DNA from: Octopus bimaculoides
Lineage: Eukaryota
DNA length: 64,000 nucleotides
Assembly (NCBI RefSeq): GCF_001194135.2
Contig: NC_068985.1
Span: forward strand, 22,412,745 to 22,476,744
Direction: 5' to 3'
Part shown: positions 38,971 to 50,689 of the stretch, piece by piece
How the letters are laid out: each line of letters starts with the position of its first letter
Position numbering within the stretch: the first letter of the stretch is position 1
Translations under genes and position numbers: made by a program
The notes under the pieces: model-generated
Seen by the model: only the letters and a program-made list of their open reading frames with translations
Told to the model about the DNA's origin: nothing
The model's database searches: none

Positions 38971-39250
38971 TTGTTAAATGATGTAGCACAAACCAGCGCG
39001 GGAACTATATAATATGGTCATCAATCCATTTGAAATAGCAATCTCATCATGCTCAAATCATGGGCTTGCTACATCGGAGATGGGGCGGTTAAACAACTGT
39101 AGTAGGTTGTTCTCATTTTTTTTTTTTTACATTAAAAAGTAGACAGCATAGGATAATTCTTCTGGGATCTTTCTGATCTTTCTTATTCGGATTACCTGAT
39201 GCAATATTTATATTTTGTTTTGCTTTGTGTTTACTTCATTGGGTTTATTG

Positions 39251-39594
39251 GGTACGTGGTCTCTATTACCACCATATTTTTTGTATTCTCACCCCCATTA
39301 AAAAATTGGGTTATCTCCCCCGACTAAAAAAAAAATTATTTAACCCCTCAATAAAACAAAAATAAAATGAAAAAAATTAAACATCTTGTTGAATCTAATA
39401 ACATTTTTATAACAAATCAGACCATACCTATTGAGGAGGCCAAAAGTCAGCAATGTGTTGAAGTATTGAATCAAAAAGATCTAACCCTTTTAATTCAATC
39501 TCTTGTCGCCACATAAACTCAATATTTTAGTGGGGAGATCACCCAATTTTTTAATGGCAATTTTTTAATGGGGGTGAGATAACCAAAAAGTACC
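39251..39594. mobile_element. MITE-like element upstream of the HGSNAT promoter
   Basis: CTCACCCCCATTAAAAAATTGGGTTATCTCCCC (~39288-39320) is inverted relative to ~39531-39578; outer ends GGTAC...GTACC. Confidence 0.55.
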
Positions 39595-41861
39595 TTTTTT
39601 TTTTTTCCAGNNNNNNNNNNNNNNNNNNNNNNNNNNNNNNNNNNNNNNNNNNNNNNNNNNNNNNNNNNNNNNNNNNNNNNNNNNNNNNNNNNNNNNNNNN
39701 NNNNNNNNNNNNNNNNNNNTTTTAGTGGGGAGATCACCCAATTTTTTAATGGCAATTTTTTAATGGGGGTGAGATAACCAAAAAGTACCTTTTTTTTTTT
39801 TTCAGATTGGCTCGCTAGTCTATTTTGTTTTAACAGACATGTCTATGATCAAAATCATTTCAGCTGTGACTAACTCGTCTTTAATTTCCAAACTTAGTTT
39901 ACTCTAGACTAAATGTGTCCGTTTTTTTTTAAGATGATGTTTTTTAAAAGGAGATTTGGCTATTTCTTACTGGTTAAACGATTTTGTAGAGGCTCTAAGA
40001 TAACGCGGGGTAGAAAGAAATAGATTGATAGGAAATGTGTAATGTTTAAAGAAGTATCGTATAAAATAAGTAAGCTCGAAGAAAGACAAACAAAACGATA
40101 AATTTCTGCCAAGTTCACTAAATGGAAATCATTGCAACAAATTTCGTTTCGCATGAGCATCATATCTGAATGCTTAATAATAGTGAGTGACAATAACATC
40201 ATAGAGTGAAAGAACATGGACATATTAAATTTGTAGATACTACTGTACCATTTACCACTTTTCTGTTTTTACACTTCACCTATTTTCACTTCTAACACCT
40301 TCAACTTAACATGTAAAGCCTAAATGCAAAAATCGAAATTGTGCGATGAAGTGCGGAATTGTTTTAGAACGGTGATTGTTGGTATTCCATCGTTTATTAT
40401 TTAAATCTGTATTGTTATCTCTCCGAGAAAAGTTCGATCCATATTTTGAGTATCTCAGAGTTAGCGAACCGAACGCAAAATATTCTTGAATTCTTTCGAT
40501 ATTTGTTCTCAAACATTCTGGCAACAAATATGTCCTTTATTTTTAAGAGAAATTGATGAAGATCAAAGGATTTTACAGCTGCTTTAAGACCAATAGTGTC
40601 AAGCCCACAATAATGCATACTCCTCTGTTGCATTATATTAAAAGACAATTATTACCATTTAAAATTTTAAAAAAAATCTATATAATATATATTAGCTAGC
40701 ATGTTCTCAAAGCCGGAACCCAACAAGATTTTAGGGAATCTTATATCACAATATAAATGAAGCTTATAAATCGCAGTACTAAAAGATGTAACCTATTTCC
40801 CCTTCATTTTGTCTACACACGTCGAACCAAACGTAGTTTTTTTTCTCTCAAATATATGCACAATTTTATCAGAATGAATTCTTTTGATATGATCAATATT
40901 GCAAGGAATCTCTCCAACAAGTAATTAGTCTTCTTAAGAATTGCATGCATTTCTTTGGTTAATTTCTTTTGATGTTCTCACTCTAAGGGATCTTACTTAA
41001 TAGGACTACATATATTCCATGTGGATGGGTTTTCCCACATCTCTGCTATCACTTCATGTTATTTCCTTCGTTACTGTAGGATGTATGTGTTTGTATGCAG
41101 GCGTATATACGAAAACAACGTTTGTGCGGGAACAAAATTTGCTTAACGAATGCAAACTCAGTTTTTCAGGATGTTCAAAGTGTTTTCATTGCCCCTCCTC
41201 CACAATAAAGAAAATTTCAACAGTGCCCTACAACTTCTGCACCCCATGTTCCCGAGCCTATGTTAAACAAAGCAAAAGTCAAATACTAGAGAAGCCTTCT
41301 GAAGAGTCTGCAAATTCATGAGTGACCAATTACGAAGATACATATAGAAAAGAATGTAATGATTAATAGCAATTCGAAAAAGGACAAAAAAGAAAGTGTG
41401 CAAAAACTGGAGTAAGTTAACGAGTTGTGAGTAGAAAAGCAAAAATCTGTTCGGCACATTGTCTATTGAAGTGAATCTGGAATTACAGTTATCGGCGGAT
41501 GTAGGGAGGCAATATTCAACTTTAGGAAGAACTTCAGTTCTCCAAATGAAGACGCAAACCGTTTAACGTCCTTCTACTCTTCAGACGTGTTGAGCACAAA
41601 GCTACAAAAGGTGCTTCCTTTTTTAGTGATTATTTTCAAGCAAACCATGTGTGACAAAGAGTGGCTTTAGGTAATTCTGAATTCTATCTCTTGCCTAGCT
41701 GATTTGTACTTTGATAAGTCACCAGTTTTAACATATTTGGAAGATGAGTAGCAGTTATACATGTCCAAAAGTTGGTGCTCACCAGTTCCAATCATAAAGG
41801 TTGTAGATTATTTTCAAACGTCGGTTTGATCACCAATGTTAGCGTTAACAGGAAAGTTTTT

Positions 41862-42425
41862 GGATCTTTTTTAAAACGGGGGCCACATTTTTCATTAACG
41901 AAACACTTTGAAACTTGGAACACTGGTAGAATGTGTCATATAAAACATCTTTTTCTCTTAGTCTTCTTAAAAAAAAAAAAGAAATCCATAAGTTATTACA
42001 TGTTAAAGTTGTCGTATTTCTGTAATTTCAACCAATCACTGACGTCCATTCAGCCGATATACATTAAGTGCCGACTACATAAACAAACGATTCTGAAACA
42101 ATTAACCCTAACCCTAACCTTAGGGTTAGGGTTAAAGCAAATTTAAAATGAAAAAAGCAAATAAAACGAAGGTATGGAGATTAAATACGCTTTACATCGC
42201 TTAATCAGCCAAAGGAGTAAATAAAAACAAGTGAATACTTGTCAGTGATTGGTTAAAATTATCGAAATAGGACAATTTTTTACATGAAATAAATTCGAAT
42301 ACAAAAATATTTTTCTGTTCTATAACACAAAATAGATAAGTATACGAAGTTTGAAAGTCTTTCCGTACCAAAAACACTACGTAAAACATTAATGAAAAAT
42401 GTGGCCCCCGTTTTAAAATAGATCC
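41862..42425. mobile_element. 564-bp fold-back element: TIRs, internal inverted repeats and a central telomeric palindrome
   Basis: GGATCT.TTTTAAAACGGGGGCCACATTTTTCATTAA at both ends; ~55-bp inner inverted repeat around AACCAATCACTGAC; TTAACCCTAACCCTAA-CC-TTAGGGTTAGGGTTAA at 42102-42135. Confidence 0.85.
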
Positions 42426-42869
42426 AAGTTTTTAAAGGAATAAGACAAATCTTTTACTTGAACATAAACATTTTAGCAAACGCTAAAAAGCTGGGTCACC
42501 GCAGACAGAGAAATCATCGGGGAAATGATATGCAAAAAATGGATCACAAGATGTTGCTTTTTGAGCATGTGTGGCATAACATTAGTTGTGCATATGTGAG
42601 AACATCGTGGACATAAGAGCATTACGTGTGTGTATGCTAGCGTGAGGTAAACTGTTATATTTATAGCAGTTCTTGTAAACTTAAGTGGCTGGGGTGAGTA
42701 TGACAACGAAAACAGTGGCTGCTGCACAACCGTAGCCGGACAACAAAGTATTGTGTCAGACGATCTCTTCCCTTTCTTGAATATTAGACACTGAGAAATG
42801 ATTCTCTCTCTCTCTCCACCCCTTCTTTCTTATGATAATGATTACCAAAATGAGTTCTAAAAGAAAATG

Positions 42870-44000
42870 GTCAAATGGACATAGCTGACCGTTTGAATGA
42901 CACTAACGAATGAAATTTCCGTTACTTATGTCACGAGGTTGCTTTGGCACCATTGTCGCGGTGGCTATTTGTTAGTTTATGGACGGTGTTGACCATCGTC
43001 GTGTGGTCTAGTTGGCTGTGCGTACCCTAAATAAAGTAACACACGAACTATTAACATATTTATTGCTGGTCATGATTTACTATATTGGCTGTTTATGAAT
43101 GAAAGATGTTAATAAAAAAATCGCCGACGGGAAGCCGAGAACTGCGCTGTCTGGTAGAATGCTAACTGTGGTACATCGTGTGTGAGTGTCCGAAGCAATG
43201 TCTGGCTGAGTTAGGCGTCAAACGTGTTTTATAGGGTGGAAGGGAGTGAATTTTAGATTATCCGAGGAGCCATAGCTTTGTGCTGATTGGTCGATTTATA
43301 GATCAATCACTTGAAACTGTGGTGGCTTACACGTGATCCATAACTGAATATCTTGAGGTTGGGGTTCGAATCTCTACACTAGGTTAGCAAACAAACAAGA
43401 AATAAAACATACTCTTGGGAGTTTTCCATGAATTTTCAGACATGTCAAGATTTCAGTAAACCTCGAACTCAGATTTCGAATCTTTCCAAAACTGACGTTA
43501 CAGACCTGGTGTCAGTTATATATTGTCTCCAGTGGATGTTATACAATGTTGGAGATTGTGGATGAGGTACTACGAACTGTCCAGGAAGCCTTAATGTTCT
43601 TCAATATACTGGTTTTGCAGCTGCACAACTTAGGACAATCTTTAATGTCTCACGTATAGTCTGGTAAGATCACAGGAACCAAATTACACCAGTGATTGGA
43701 GTTGAGATGTGTGCAAAGGGAAGCATTCAGTTGGCGATGCAATCTCACGACCATGCCATCGTACTGAGTGTGATAAGTTGTGACAGGTCGAACGCGTTGG
43801 TGTCCAAGTAAACTGATCAAAGAAACAAAAAGTAATCGGCTCGAACCGTAGCCCGCCGACCCTATGTGATGAAAGGGTAAAGGGTAAAAACTCACTTCCT
43901 TCGGTCATAAGTTCTAAAACCAAATGGACACAGCTGACTGTTTGAATGACACTAACGAATGAAATTTCCGTTACTCATGTCACGAGGTTGCTTTGGCTTT
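42870..44000 (-). mobile_element. Gypsy/Ty3-like LTR retrotransposon remnant (integrase core plus LTR-like segment)
   Basis: SRLLFVSLISLLGHQRV..TTYHTQYDGMVVRLHRQLNASL...NHW matches the integrase pattern TTAYHPQ.NGMVERLHRQLKA. LTR-like TGTAGAGA start at 43378 with CCAAT, TATA and AATAAA. A 77-bp direct repeat lies at 42872-42948 and 43921-43997. Confidence 0.7.
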
Positions 44001-44844
44001 CAAACTTAAATATTCCAGGTTCGAATTCGAGGAAGGTTATTGGTACGACTGCCGTGATCTTTTCTTTGAACAGAGAGAAAGTCTAGATGTTTTTCCATCG
44101 AATTGAACTTCATGCCTCTCGCACCTACAGATTCCCTTCCAGAGCCTATTGGTGAAAAAGCTTTCTCAGTTACCATATTGGTTAGAGTTTTCGTCAGATG
44201 AAAATTCTCCTTGGAAGTTGCTTAAATGAATGTATGTTGCACTGATCCAAAATAAGGCTTGTTGACTGAAATTCATGCTTCGGGTTAATTTAGAGCTTAA
44301 CCAACAGATAATGGAAAAGATTTGGAGTGTAGCTGTCCCCTGAAGTTCCTTACCTTATGGGACAGGGAAAAGGTGCAGAAATGATGAGGGAGCAAGACTG
44401 TGAAAAAATACCCCCCCCCCAAAAAAAAACTGAAGGGCTTCGAGGGACAATTAGTCCAAGACTCTGCCGACATATTGGTCTCAGTTTAGTAATTTTAAGG
44501 GGTTCCATTTTTACTAAACGTGGAGGATCGTTATGGTTCGAACAGAAATTGAATCAAGATTCTAACTACAAACTCTTGGTCCACTTGCAATAAATCTCGA
44601 CATTTTCGTTAATTAAGGTTTTTTTAATGTTTCTTTTGTTCTTAGCCTAGAAGCAAGAAAATAGTTTTACTTTGTGTTTTCATATATTTTTTCACTAATT
44701 AGTAATGTCAGCTCGACCTTCTGTGACTTTACTATCATCGCTTTTGTCAACATTGTAATATATAAATTTTATAGTTTGTCAGCTCCAGATATATATACTT
44801 GACATGTGACAGCCTAGTGTGTTGTTTTAACATTATTCTTATAA

Positions 44845-45652
44845 CACACATGTTAGCCTCTGGCTCCGGTTGAAGCCATCTGTAACATCATTGCCACTAC
44901 AACACATTATCATCAACGACAGTGAGAGACCATCTAATTGCGACTGCTTACAAGTAGCATGTCTCAATATGTCATATCCACATGCTGTGAAACACTTGTT
45001 GAAATTGATATCCAGCTTGCCACCTATTATTAGCACAAACGCATGCTTTTACTCTTCATAATACAATTATATATTTTAAAGCACATATACATATACAACC
45101 AAATATCGAAGCATACATTCTCTCATACATTGCTAAACTGAAATTTTCGTTACCGAAATATTTCTCTAAATATACTTGTAGAAGTTCAGAAAATATCTTA
45201 TATAGCGTTTGAAAATAAATATTTTTCATATTGCGGAGTTGACACGCAAACTTTATTTTTGCCAGTCTTTTCTCAACAACGATAAACAACTGGTGGCCTC
45301 AACTGAAAGACCGAAACTTTCCTATTCAAAGAAAGAATGGCTCTTCAAAACCCAGAGGTTAAATAGAAATGACAAAAGACTTGAATAAAGTTGAAAAACT
45401 ATTTAATGCAGGAAATGTAAACACTTCAATTTAGCAGATAAAAAACAGCTAATAAAAGTCGTTCATTCAAATAAACAGGTATAGACAGTGTTCAAAGGTT
45501 GATTGCTAAAATCTCATATTTTACAACATATTAAAATCAATGTAAAAAGGTTTTCTTTTTCATTGTGTCAGTGAAGAATAAAAATAAACAAGAAAACAGA
45601 TGAGGCACAATTGTGAGACATGGAGTCATCTTGGCAGATTCACTATTTATAG
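44845..45652 (+). repeat. Local duplication, copy A (copy B at ~57475-58612)
   Basis: Collinear ~800-bp match; copy B is interrupted by a SINE at ~57963-58305. Confidence 0.9.
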
Positions 45653-46400
45653 TGTAGCGTACAGTCGAGTGAAATTCCTCTCCCCTTTATTATATATACA
45701 TACATTCGAACGTAGCAGATAACAGTTAACCTTTGGCCGCTATTTGGACCCCGTTGTGCCCACTACTCTGATTGGATGGTACTGGCGCAATTTGTCTCTT
45801 ACTCTGTCGCGACAATCTGCAGCGTATAACCAATCGGAGCTCTAAATGAAATCACGTAAGACAGCCTGTTCTCAACGCCGTTCGAACCTACTGTTCCTTA
45901 TAAAAACTCACTTTCTCCTCGTCTCGGTGTTTTTGGTCCCAGACCTTTTAAGGTCTAGCCACTGACTACACAAGACACAGCTAGTTCCAGTGACAACGCC
46001 AGACGACAACACCCATCCAACAGCAACACACCCCGGTTTCAAAACAGCAATTTCGTGAATTACTTCACCATGGATCAACAACAAAGATGCAACCTGCAAG
46101 CTAGACGACAACACCCGTCCAACAGCATTACGGACCTCCATCTTCGCCGCCACCATCATCTTCACAACGTCGTCAACATCATCTCTCTACATACACAGTT
46201 CAAGCAACACTGCACAGGTTCCAACATAGCACTGTTTGTGTATTATTTCAACATGGTTAACAGCAAATATACAACCTGCGAGAACTCCTCTGTAAGTGAC
46301 CCAGGCAGCAACATTACAGCCACAACTTCGTACGACACGTACCACAACCGGCTCTGCATCATCGCCGCAACTTCTAGATACAGTATTTCAATTACCGTGT
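45653..46400 (+). mobile_element. LTR-like repeat; inverted partial copy at ~53050-53468
   Basis: Starts TGTAGC and has CCAAT boxes and TATAAAAA (~45900); its reverse complement matches 53050-53468 at visibly high but imperfect identity. Confidence 0.55.
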
Positions 46401-47039
46401 ACAATTGACTATAAACTGATATTTCTCATTCTTGTGTCTATGAACATTCGTCTAACTTCTCATTATAGACTCTCTCACAGTCTTCTTCATTGTTATTCTT
46501 ATATGTACTTAACGCACACGCATACATCCATGCCTATACACACATACACTTTGTTCTCATGACGGCCTGTCCATTATTCTGTATACATGACGCACACACA
46601 GACACACATGTTGACATATCAATAAATCATCTCTTAAACACCTGTAGTAACGCCGTGCGCATGCGTAGTCTCACGCATGCGTGGAATTCAACATCCAAGC
46701 GTTTCCCGCTTTATTCTGACTTTTTATCGACTGGCCAGCGATTGAGCAAGGACGTGTCTAGCTGTCTCTCTCCATCTTTCGAACTCACGCCAGACAGCTC
46801 ACATCAACATACCAACGTCCCAACAACCATGTTCTCACACACAGAAGGCGTCTCAACAACCAAGAGTAAAGCTGTATATTTTCCACCATAAATAAATATT
46901 GTTGAGTTGATAGTTTGGAGTTCTGCGTTCCGTTCATTCTAATTTAATATAGGAAATTGGGTGTACACCTAATGATGTATAACCCACTTTCCTATACACC
47001 TATTCGGTTGTGTCTCTCTCTCTTTCCTCTCTGGTACGT

Positions 47040-49065
47040 ACATGTATTATTCCAGCCTTCTTAATGGAGTCGTTATTAGATGCCCTTCCACAAAAAGCGA
47101 AAAAACAATCGTTCCAACTTGTTTAGCCACGAATCTGGGCAAGACACGGCGGTTAGGCAGTAGGTGATTACAGATGCGATAAACACATTTGCAATCTCCG
47201 CTCTTCCTTTCAGGAATAGCCTCCGCCCCGACCAGGCCTGGGTTAGGAGATCCACCCTGCTTGTAACCTCGCTTCAGTTCTTCTCTATCTGGAGGTCTGG
47301 ACCAAACCAAACCAAATCCCTTGCATTTTAACCGGACCGTCCGTCCAACATCCGACGACGCTGTTGGACGGCGTCGACTTGCCTTACCCGGTTAATTTTT
47401 ACTCCTTCCACCGCTTCGTAATCCTTAATGGCCTCACCTTCCCACTGTAGGTGCTGGATCTCGGCTACGATGATAGTGATGTCATCTGCATACGCCGTTA
47501 TTGATCTTCCACATTCTAGATCTCGCGGGACGCCTCTTTCACTCTCCAATTTCAGCACTAGAGGCTCGAGGGCCAATACATACAGCAAAGGAGAGAGAAG
47601 ACATTCTTGACGGACCGAGCGCTCGAATCAGAACGATTTCGAGAAGAAACCGTTCATCCGAACGATCGATTTGATGTCGCTATAAAGAGCAATGATCCAT
47701 CCATGGAAGGTAGGGGAAAATCCGGCCGCCTCTAGGACTGCCGCCAGATACCGATGGTCAACCCTATCAAATGCATTAGATTGGTCTAAATGGACCAATG
47801 TCCCATTCTTGCCTGGAATTCTGTTCACCTTCTCTAAGGTATAGCGTATAAGGTGGAGATTGTCGTGTATAGATCTGTCGGGAATGGCACAAGTTTGCAC
47901 CTCCTAAACAAGTCCACCCACAACCCGTGCCAACCTTTTTGCAAGTACCTTGGCTAAAATCTTCAACAAGCAGAGTGATGGGCCTGAAATTATCGACTAC
48001 ATACACCTTGTTTGAGTTCTTTCTTAGCAGCACCATAACTCCTTGGCTCACAGATCTAGGTATGTACCCATTCTGCTGCCAGTTGGTGTAGACGCATGCT
48101 AGTAGGTACCCAAACAAGTCTGGCGTATTATAATATAGTTCGTAGGGGAGACCATCCAATCCCGGCGACTTGTCCTCGCCGCAATCCGACAAAGCTTCCT
48201 GCTCTTACGTAGCTGTGATCGGCCCATCACAGCATTCCGCTTCCCGTCCCAAGAGACGCGGCATACTGGTGAGGAAGTCCTTCCTGCGTTCCAGCCCACC
48301 GCCCCTCCCAAACAGCTGGGCGAAATACTCGTGAAAAACCTTTCACATCTCATCGGGTTCGTTTACCGAATGCTCATGTTGATCCGTCAAAGACCTTACT
48401 GTGGCCTCATTACCAAGATGGGCCTCTACCACCCCGGCCCATCCAGCGGCGTTGATTCCTCTCTTGTCCCATTGTACGTAGCTTTGCTCTGACAATGCAT
48501 CCCTCGTGTTTAGTTTCGAGGTGTTGGTTGAGTGCCAATCTCGCTGCTAAAACTTGGGACACAGAACCAGTCCTCGATGCCTCATCTAGAGCCTTAACTA
48601 AAGCTCTTTCTATTCTGTTTTTTTTGTTGACTAACTCTTTACTAAATTTAATTGACCCAAACTTAATGGCTCTTTTGAGGCATACCACCATTTGTTGTTG
48701 ATAATGAATCCGGTAAATGCCCTCATTACTAACTGCCTAATCCGGCTCCTGTACTCCTCACAGGCCAAAAGTGACCTGTTTAGTTTCCAGTAGCCGGGTC
48801 CCTGTCTACACAAACTATCTAAGTCGAACTTACAGGTCACCAATTTGTGATCACTGTAGCTGACGATGTAAAATTGTGGACACCTGACTAAGTTTTTGTC
48901 TTTAATCCCAACAATTATCCTATCTAAGCAAGATCTAGAAGACCCGTCGCTATCTGACCATGTCCACAATGGAGCGCCCAGGTAATTTAGTCTGTACCGA
49001 TCTGCTACATGAAAAACGACTGAGCAGATCGCTGAGGCAAAGGTTTCCTCTCCTATCGTTTAGTA
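47040..49065 (-). mobile_element. Tx1/L1-clade LINE pseudogene (APE C-terminus plus RT)
   Basis: SCLDRI...SDHKLV...GPGYWKLNRSLL; KSPGLDGLPYE; NFRPITLL; LDQSNAFDRVDH; LYVLALEP; AYADDIT; VWSRP. Multiple frameshifts. Confidence 0.92.
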
Positions 49066-49092
49066 TAACCCCGTGGCGACCAAAGCCTTGTG

Positions 49093-49263
49093 AGTGGATT
49101 TGGTAGACGGAATGTGTGTGTGTAAGTGTTTGTGTGTGTGTGCATGTGCATGTGTCTATGTGTGTGTGCGTGTGCATGTGTGTGTATGTGTGCACGGGCG
49201 TGTGTGTGTATGTGTGTGCGTATGCATGTGTGTGTGTATGTGTGCACGGGCGCGCGCGCGCGC
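49093..49263. repeat. Compound (TG)n/(CG)n microsatellite inside a SINE
   Basis: Directly visible. Confidence 0.9.
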
Positions 49264-49789
49264 GTATTTCTGTCTGTGTTTGTCCATCACAATTGCTAAA
49301 CAACCGGTGTTGCTTGTTTACGTCCCCGTAACTAAGCGCTTCTGCAAAAGGAAACCGTTAGAATAAATGCCAGGCTGAAAAAAAAAAAGCACTGGGGTCA
49401 GCGCTGGATTAACCATAAAGCAAAATAAGCACATGCGACATCAAGGGATGAGGGTACCATCGAAATGAAAATGGTTTACGGCACAAACGAAATCACTTTA
49501 AACTTGCTAAAATATTGTTCGTAATGCCTTGTCTCTTCTAAGTATAGAAGCAAAAGTGTTACGTAAAATTAATTTTAATAACATCATCGAAGACTTTGCA
49601 GATAAAAAAAAACGCGGAGCAAACTTCAAATATAAATAAAGTGGAAGCATACAAAAATAAACCTTACTTTCCATCTTATTGTTAATTTTGTTTCATTTTG
49701 AAAAATAAAAATTCATTTTATAGTTTATCGTTGTTTACTATTTTGAGTCATTCTTATTTACATTTTGAAACATTTACAGTAAAAGAGGG

Positions 49790-50148
49790 TACTCTTTTAC
49801 TCTTTTACTTGTTTCAGTCATTTGACTGCGGCCATGCTGGAGCACCGCCTTTAGTCGAGAAAATCGACCCCAGGACTTATTCTCTGTAAGCCTAGTACTT
49901 ATTCTATCGGTCTCTTTTTGCTGAACCGTTAAGTTACGGGAACGTAAACACACCAGCATCGGCTGTCAAGCGATAGTAGGGGGACAAACACACACACACA
50001 TATACATACGACGGGCTTCTTTCAGTTTCCGTCTACCAAATCCACTCACAAGGCTTTGGTCGACCCGAGGCTATAATAGAAGACACTTGCCCAAGGTGCC
50101 ACGCAGAGGGACTGAACCCGGAACCATGTGGTTGGAAAGCAAGCTACT
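49790..50148 (-). mobile_element. CORE-like tRNA SINE running into an N gap
   Basis: Reverse complement of the 36725-type family. Confidence 0.8.
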
Positions 50149-50689
50149 NNNNNNNNNNNNNNNNNNNNNNNNNNNNNNNNNNNNNNNNNNNNNNNNNNNN
50201 NNNNNNNNNNNNNNNNNNNNNNNNNNNNNNNNNNNNNNNNNNNNNNNNNNNNNNNNNNNNNNNNNNNNNNNNNNNNNNNNNNNNNNNNNNNNNNNNNNNN
50301 NNNNNNNNNNNNNNNNNNNNNNNNNNNNNNNNNNNNNNNNNNNNNNNNNNNNNNNNNNNNNNNNNNNNNNNNNNNNNNNNNNNNNNNNNNNNNNNNNNNN
50401 NNNNNNNNNNNNNNNNNNNNNNNNNNNNNNNNNNNNNNNNNNNNNNNNNNNNNNNNNNNNATTAAGTTTGGAATATTATATATATTTTTTCATGCTCCAC
50501 ACATCTTTTATTAGAACATTTAAATACAAAAAAAAAACAAACAAACAAGAAATATGAAAGATAAGAAAGGAAAAGAAAAAGGTGGGGAGGGAGGAAAAAG
50601 AAAAAGGTATGTGGGTATGTGGGCAGAGGAGGGAGTAAAGCAGCGGAAGATGGAGAGGGAAGGGTCGATGGGTCACATATCCCAGACCA

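Noticed and set aside
39525-39805. Direct duplication flanking an N gap (similar case at 12820-12895)
   Set aside because: Identical sequence on both sides of a gap is typical of an unmerged contig overlap.
39960-41700. Possible GPCR or LINE pseudogene
   Set aside because: Only isolated 5-8 residue resemblances (FHLVNLA, VLER, PKVEYC) in different frames and strands; no coherent motif order.
42102-42135. Ancient telomere-telomere fusion scar
   Set aside because: Orientation is (CCCTAA)n then (TTAGGG)n, the opposite of a fusion; only two units per side, inside a TIR element.
49053-49366. His/Thr-rich and Val/Cys-rich ORFs (also near 57218-57482)
   Set aside because: Translations of dinucleotide microsatellites.
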